Source: Candidatus Zixiibacteriota bacterium | Lineage (GTDB): Bacteria; Zixibacteria; MSB-5A5; GN15; FEB-12 | NCBI GenBank assembly: GCA_041742355.1 | Contig: JBGSIV010000178.1 | Coordinates: forward strand, 1 to 20,721 | Reading direction: 5' to 3' | Length of the DNA stretch: 20,721 bases | In this document: piece by piece, positions 15,699 through 20,721 of the stretch | Layout of the letters: every line of letters starts with the position of its first letter | How positions within the stretch are numbered: the stretch's first letter is position 1 | Translations under genes and position numbers: made by a program | Notes under the pieces: generated by a model | The model's input: only the letters and a program-made list of their open reading frames with translations | Told to the model about the DNA's origin: nothing | Databases searched by the model: none

Positions 15699-17987
15699 TT
15701 AGGCCGGGGTGGGAGTTTCGACATTTTCGGGGGCGATCACGCTCTTGCACTGCGGGCACTGCAAGTATTCACCCTTGGTCTTGGATTCCTTGTGGACCAG
15801 GAAGGGGTGGTTGCAGCTCGGGCAGGGGTGCGCCGACGGTTTGTCCCAAGTGGCGAACTTGCACTTGGGGTAATGCGAGCAACCGTAGAAAACTTTGCCA
15901 CCCTTGGTGCGCTTCTCGACCAGTTTTCCGCCGCAGCCTTCCTGCGGGCAGGTGATGCCGAGGGTAATAGCGCGGGTATTCTTACAGTCCGGGTAGCCGG
16001 AGCACGCGAGGAAGCGGCCGAAACGACCGGTCTTGATGACCATGGGGGAGCCACACTTCTCGCAAATCTCGGTGGTTTTGCTGGCGGCCTCTTCCTCGGG
16101 GAGCGGCCGGGTCGACTTGCATTCGGGGTAGGCCGAGCAGGCAAGGAAGCGGCCGTTACGGCCCCACTTGATGACCATGGGGGAACCGCACTTCTCGCAC
16201 TTGATGTCGGTCGCTTCGGTCAGGGCTTCCTTGATTTGTTTCTGCTTGCCCTTGAGTTTCTCGATGGTCGCGATGAACGGCTTGTAGAAGTCGTTGAGGA
16301 CTTTGACCCAGTCATCGGTGCCGTCCTCGACGAGGTCGAGTTCGCGTTCCATGTCGGCGGTGAACTTGACGTTGAAGAGCTTGGGTAGATTTTCGACGAG
16401 GATCTTGTTGACCGCCTGACCGAGTTCGGTCGGCGAGAGTTTGCGCGCCTCGAGTTTGACATATTTGCGGTCGCGGAGGGTCGAGATGATCGAGGCGTAG
16501 GTCGAGGGGCGGCCGATGCCGTCGGCCTCGAGCCGTTTCACCAGCGAGGCCTCGGAGTAACGGGCGGGGGGTTTGGTAAACGACTGGTTGGGCGTCAGGT
16601 TCAGCAGGTCGAGCGGGTCCTTCTCGGCCAGCTTCGGGAGCGGCACGAAGCCGTTTTCGCCGTTGCCGTTGTCATCCGGCTCGATTTCTTCGTGGTAGAT
16701 TTTCAGGAATCCGTCGAAGACGAGGCGCTGGGTCGAAGCGCGGAAGATGAACCGCGCGGCGTTAATGTCAACCGTTTCGACATCGTACTTCGCCGGGTTC
16801 ATCTGGGAGGCGAGGAAGCGATTCCAGATCAGCGTGTAGAGCTTGAATTGGCGCGGGTTGAGGAAGCGCTTGACTTTTTCAGGCGGCAGGGTCAGGTAGG
16901 TCGGGCGGATCGCTTCGTGGGCGTCCTGCGCCCCTTGCTTCTTGGAGTAGACCTGCGCCTTGGCGGGCAGGTACTGCTTGCCGTAGTCTCTGGCGATCAC
17001 CTCGCGGGCGGCTTTCAGGGCTTCGTCGGCGATACGCGTGGAGTCGGTGCGCATGTAGGTGATGAGGCCGGTGGCGCCGTCCTGGCCGATATCGACGCCT
17101 TCGTACAGATCCTGGGCCAGACGCATCGTGATCTTCGGCGAGTAGCCGAACGCTTTGGCGGCCTCCTGCTGGAGGGTCGAGGTGATGAAGGGAGCGGAGG
17201 GGCGGCGAATGCGCTCGGTGTTCTTGATTTCGGCGACGCTCCAGGAGGCTTGCTCAAGCTCCTTGAGATACCCCTGGACTTCGGTCTCGGAGCCGATCGT
17301 GACCTTCTTGCCGTTGCTTTCGCCCGGTTTGACGACGGTCTTGTCCTCTATCTTATAGAGGCGCGCTTCGAAGCTCTCCTTCTTCTTCGTCTGGAGTTCG
17401 GCGAGGATCTGCCAGTACTCCTGGGCGACGAAGGCGGTGATCTCGTTTTCGCGTTCGCAGACGAGCCGCAGGGCAACCGACTGGACGCGACCGGCGGAGA
17501 GGTTGCGGGCGACAGTCTGCCACAGGAACGGCGACACCGTGTACCCGACGATGCGGTCGAGGACGCGTCGCGCCTGCTGGGCGTTGACGAGATTCATGTC
17601 GATTTCGCGCGGCTGCTGGATCGCTTCGAGGACCGCGCCCTTGGTGATTTCGTTGAAGGCGACGCGGTAGAAGGTGGCCTTGGAGCCCTTGCGAATGGAG
17701 TTGGCGACATGCCAGGCGATCGCCTCTCCCTCGCGGTCCGGATCGGGCGCGAGGTAGACTTTTTCGGCGGTCTTGGCGGCCTTGCGCAGCTCGGTGAGCA
17801 CTTTCTGCTTGCCTTCGATCACCTGGTAGTCCGGCTCGAAGTCGTTTTTGACATCGACGCCGAGCTTGGATTTGGGGAGATCTATCACGTGGCCGATGGT
17901 GGCCATGATGTCGAAATCCTTGCCCAAAAAGCGAGCGAGCGTCTTGGACTTGGCCGGTGACTCAACTATTACCAGATTTTTCGCCAT
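15699..17987 (-). CDS. topA: DNA topoisomerase I
   Basis: LVIVESPAK TOPRIM, DPDREGEAI, SAGRVQS, LITYMRTD (catalytic Tyr), AHEAIRPT and C-terminal C4 zinc ribbons. Confidence 0.98.
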   Translation of the reverse strand: MAKNLVIVESPAKSKTLARFLGKDFDIMATIGHVIDLPKSKLGVDVKNDFEPDYQVIEGKQKVLTELRKAAKTAEKVYLAPDPDREGEAIAWHVANSIRKGSKATFYRVAFNEITKGAVLEAIQQPREIDMNLVNAQQARRVLDRIVGYTVSPFLWQTVARNLSAGRVQSVALRLVCERENEITAFVAQEYWQILAELQTKKKESFEARLYKIEDKTVVKPGESNGKKVTIGSETEVQGYLKELEQASWSVAEIKNTERIRRPSAPFITSTLQQEAAKAFGYSPKITMRLAQDLYEGVDIGQDGATGLITYMRTDSTRIADEALKAAREVIARDYGKQYLPAKAQVYSKKQGAQDAHEAIRPTYLTLPPEKVKRFLNPRQFKLYTLIWNRFLASQMNPAKYDVETVDINAARFIFRASTQRLVFDGFLKIYHEEIEPDDNGNGENGFVPLPKLAEKDPLDLLNLTPNQSFTKPPARYSEASLVKRLEADGIGRPSTYASIISTLRDRKYVKLEARKLSPTELGQAVNKILVENLPKLFNVKFTADMERELDLVEDGTDDWVKVLNDFYKPFIATIEKLKGKQKQIKEALTEATDIKCEKCGSPMVIKWGRNGRFLACSAYPECKSTRPLPEEEAASKTTEICEKCGSPMVIKTGRFGRFLACSGYPDCKNTRAITLGITCPQEGCGGKLVEKRTKGGKVFYGCSHYPKCKFATWDKPSAHPCPSCNHPFLVHKESKTKGEYLQCPQCKSVIAPENVETPTPA

Positions 17988-18031
17988 ACACCCATTCTTG
18001 TCGGAACTGGCCGGTAATTATTAACGCGGGC

Positions 18032-18253
18032 TTACCGGGGACGTTCGAATTTCACTTTTCCTTCGGCTAAGTCGTTCAGGGCCACCATGGTGATTTTGCG
18101 GGAATCGATGTCGATTTCCGGGTTGTCTTCCATCTGCTCGAGCAGCGTGAGCCGCTTGGTGTTGAGCTTGCGGGCATATTTGGATGCCACGATAACCGCT
18201 TCATAGCGGTTCAAACCGACCTTCTCCAGTTGTTCAATCTGGATCTTTTTCAC
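18032..18253 (-). CDS. rpoZ: RNA polymerase omega subunit
   Basis: NRYEAVIVASKYARKL...KITMVALNDLAEGK. GTG start with GGAGG SD. Directly downstream of gmk. Confidence 0.85.
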   Translation of the reverse strand: MKKIQIEQLEKVGLNRYEAVIVASKYARKLNTKRLTLLEQMEDNPEIDIDSRKITMVALNDLAEGKVKFERPR

Positions 18254-18274
18254 AGATGCCTCCTTGTGGGCTGG

Positions 18275-18901
18275 TTAGACACCCTCGTAACCGATGATAT
18301 TTTTTATTTGTTCCGGCGGTATCCGGTCGGTCCGGCAGTGGTGCGAGACGATGACTGATTCGACTTCATTGATCGCCGTTTCCAGGTTCTCGTTGATGAC
18401 CGCATACTCGAACTTCGCCCAGAGCTTCAACTCGTTTTTCGCGTTCTCGAAGCGAACCTGCAGCTGTTCCTGCGTTTCGGTGCCACGCGTGGAGAGCCGG
18501 CTGCGGAGGGCCGGGATCGACGGCGGCAGGATGAAGATCGTGATCGCCTCGGGGTAGATCGTCTTGATCTTCTCCGCCCCCTGGACATCGATATCCAGGA
18601 GCATCACGCCGCCGTCGGCCAGGACCGCCTCGAGCGGCCCGCGCGGGGTACCGTACTGATACAAATGAACCTTGCAATGTTCCGCGAAATAATCCTCGCG
18701 GGCGAGCCGGTCGAATTCGGCGTTGTCGACAAAATAGTACTCGCGGCCGTGCTGTTCGTCGGGTCGGCGGCTGCGGGTGGTATAGGAAATGGAAAACCGC
18801 CAGCCGGGGTTGCGTTGCAGGAGCATCCGGCAAATGGACGATTTCCCTCCGCCCGACGGGGAGGAAATAATGACAATTTTGCCTTTCGCGGACGATGCCA
18901 T
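18275..18901 (-). CDS. gmk: Guanylate kinase
   Basis: SSPSGGGKSS P-loop, SISYTTR, GREYYFV, YGTP and LDIDVQGA. Start reassigned to the ATG at 18901 to avoid overlap with yicC. Confidence 0.96.
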   Translation of the reverse strand: MASSAKGKIVIISSPSGGGKSSICRMLLQRNPGWRFSISYTTRSRRPDEQHGREYYFVDNAEFDRLAREDYFAEHCKVHLYQYGTPRGPLEAVLADGGVMLLDIDVQGAEKIKTIYPEAITIFILPPSIPALRSRLSTRGTETQEQLQVRFENAKNELKLWAKFEYAVINENLETAINEVESVIVSHHCRTDRIPPEQIKNIIGYEGV

Positions 18902-18920
18902 GGTGGTTAAACGGCCTGAG

Positions 18921-19796
18921 TTACTCCACGTTTTGGACGAGTTCGCGGAGTTTCTCAATTTCCTCTTTCAGGGAGATAACCGACCGGGTGATGGCCGCTT
19001 CCGTGCACTTGGAGGCAATGGTATTGGCTTCCCGGTTCATCTCCTGCAGAATGAAATTCAGGCGTTTGCCGACGGGTTCATCGCGACGCAGGTCGGCGTC
19101 GTACTGCTCTATATGTGAGTACATACGTGTGCACTCTTCGGTGATGTCGGAGCGGTCGGCCTGCAGGGCGACTTCCTGTTCGAGGCGGTTGGGGTCTACT
19201 TCGATGGCGTCGGAAATCTCCGCGATGCGGGTTTTGAGGCGTTCGCGGTATCGTTCAACCATTTGGCCAGCCTCGGCTTCCACGGATCTGGTGACGGTGG
19301 TGATTTCTTTGAGGCGCTGGTCCATATCCCGAGCCATGGCCTCTCCCTCGCGCCGGCGCATCGCAGCCAGCCCTTTGAGGGCGACCTCAAGAACTGGGCT
19401 CAACTGCGCCCAGATCTCTTCATCGTCGTAGCTATCCTCATCGGACTTAACCACTTCCGGAAAGGCGAGGAGGTCGCCGATGGTGACATCGCCACCCAGA
19501 CCCAGATCGTTCCGCAGGGCCTGCAACTGCTTGGCATAGGCGGTGGCGGCTCGCACATTAATAGCATACTTGTCGGGGGATTCATCGGATTCCGCAAATC
19601 CAACAAACACATAGAGCTTGCCGCGGTTGACATACTTGCCGAGCAACTCCCTGACCCGGTGCTCCACCGCCGAAAACTGGCGTGGCAGACGCACCGAAGA
19701 TTCGAGGAAACGGTTGTTGACGCTGGAGATTTCGACGGTGAAAGTTCCCAGCGGTGTTTTCTGCTCGGCTTTGCCGAACCCGGTCATTGAATCCAT
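18921..19796 (-). CDS. yicC: YicC/YloC family endoribonuclease
   Basis: MDSMTGFG, SVNNRFLE, DITEECTR, GKRLNFILQEMNREANTIASK and RELVQNVE. ATG at 19796 with SD AAGGTGG. Confidence 0.95.
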   Translation of the reverse strand: MDSMTGFGKAEQKTPLGTFTVEISSVNNRFLESSVRLPRQFSAVEHRVRELLGKYVNRGKLYVFVGFAESDESPDKYAINVRAATAYAKQLQALRNDLGLGGDVTIGDLLAFPEVVKSDEDSYDDEEIWAQLSPVLEVALKGLAAMRRREGEAMARDMDQRLKEITTVTRSVEAEAGQMVERYRERLKTRIAEISDAIEVDPNRLEQEVALQADRSDITEECTRMYSHIEQYDADLRRDEPVGKRLNFILQEMNREANTIASKCTEAAITRSVISLKEEIEKLRELVQNVE

Positions 19797-19829
19797 CTGA
19801 TTACCACCTTGCAAAAAAGGACAGGCACC

Positions 19830-19857
19830 AAAATAGGGCGGGAGATGCGTTTGTCAA
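19830..19857 (-). promoter_or_regulatory. sigma70-type promoter of the yicC-gmk-rpoZ-topA operon
   Basis: TTGACA (19857-19852), 16 nt, TATTTT (19835-19830). Confidence 0.6.
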
Positions 19858-19969
19858 CCGCTAATCCGTGCGGGGATGGTCACTTTTCCCGGATCAGCGC
19901 TGTCCGGATGGGCCGGAGGGGCAGTCGAACGAGGGTGCGAAGCCTATGAACCGAAGTGAGATCCTCGGC

Positions 19970-20721
19970 TTACTCCTCGATCGGGAGGCTCACTTCAAGG
20001 GTAGTTTGGGAATCCAGCCGATTCTCAACGATCGTACCGCCAAGATCCCGAATCAAGAGCTGTGCGGCGGCGGTTCCGACTGCGTAGGCGGCTGTGTCGG
20101 GCTGTATCGCGCCGCGCACCTCGATAGTTAAGGTGCAGACAACCGGGTTCAAGATTTCGGCCGAGATCTGGACGGTGGCGGTGGAACGATCGACCGCATC
20201 GGCGATTCCGGCCAGGAGGTGCTCGATTGCGAGGGTTACGGAACGCCGACGGGCGGTTACTTTTGGCATGATTTCCGAGTGAATCCGGAGCGGCAAGCCG
20301 GCGTGGGTGCGATTGATCTGATTGGTGATGCGATGCACGACAAGGTTCAGATCGGTCATTTCGGGAGGCTGGAGCCGGCCCGCGACAGTTGCGACGTCGG
20401 CATCGTGGTGCATTGACCGGGCAAGGGCCTGCAATGAGGTGGTAAGCCGGGTCAGTTCGGTTCCGCCGTCCTCGCCGACTCGGGTGGCGAAACGCCGGCC
20501 GAATTTGTCGGCTTGCTGAGCTGCCGATTCAGTCTGCGCGACCAGTGCGTGGAACGATGCCCGGCAGAAGTTGAGCACATCGCCGGCGGCGGCCTCGGAG
20601 AGGCCGGGGATCAACACGACGAACAGGCTTCTGTCGACCGGATCGTTGCTGAGCGCGAGGTGGGTCAGCAGAGCGCGCCGCCCGCCCGGCAGGGTTACGG
20701 CGAACAGGTCGCGCAGCTCGG
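19970..20721 (-). CDS. Degenerate histidine-kinase-like protein (5' end beyond the window)
   Basis: The frame stays open to the window edge (ELRDLFAVTLPGGRRALL... precedes the ORF-track start). DLNLVVHRI, MPKVTARRRSVTLAIEHLL and VGTAAAQLLIRDLGGTI...TTLEVSLP follow the HATPase_c layout, but the N-box Asn, DxG and GxGL motifs are absent. Confidence 0.6.
   Translation of the reverse strand, partial: ELRDLFAVTLPGGRRALLTHLALSNDPVDRSLFVVLIPGLSEAAAGDVLNFCRASFHALVAQTESAAQQADKFGRRFATRVGEDGGTELTRLTTSLQALARSMHHDADVATVAGRLQPPEMTDLNLVVHRITNQINRTHAGLPLRIHSEIMPKVTARRRSVTLAIEHLLAGIADAVDRSTATVQISAEILNPVVCTLTIEVRGAIQPDTAAYAVGTAAAQLLIRDLGGTIVENRLDSQTTLEVSLPIEE

Overview
High-GC bacterial chromosomal window. 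The lineage is probably candidate phylum Zixibacteria or a relative, inferred only from a secreted peptidase with a C-terminal twin-repeat dockerin. Most genes are on the minus strand. Conserved housekeeping blocks are yicC-gmk-rpoZ-topA-xerC-hslV-hslU, argF, and murJ-comEC divergent from rpsT. Between them lie a M28 peptidase/FN3/dockerin protein, a PaaI thioesterase, a lipoprotein and a LiaF-like membrane protein. comEC (minus, <1..1691) is missing from the ORF track because it runs off the window. Three observations stand out. (1) Two apparent pseudo-enzymes, an SbnI/SerK-like ParB-fold protein and an RNase HI-like protein, each carry a nearly identical sigma54-type -24/-12 motif (GCGGCACAGnnGTTGCT) exactly 12 nt upstream of the ATG with no SD in between, suggesting a leaderless RpoN regulon. 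(2) A ~280-bp intergenic stack of six different palindromes, four of them co-oriented GTAG/TGTC-tagged REP-like elements, lies immediately downstream of a lone PD-(D/E)xK nuclease-like gene appended to hslU. (3) Further degenerate domains occur in a histidine-kinase-like protein and the ComEC C-terminus. All family assignments come from motif recognition by eye; no searches were run.
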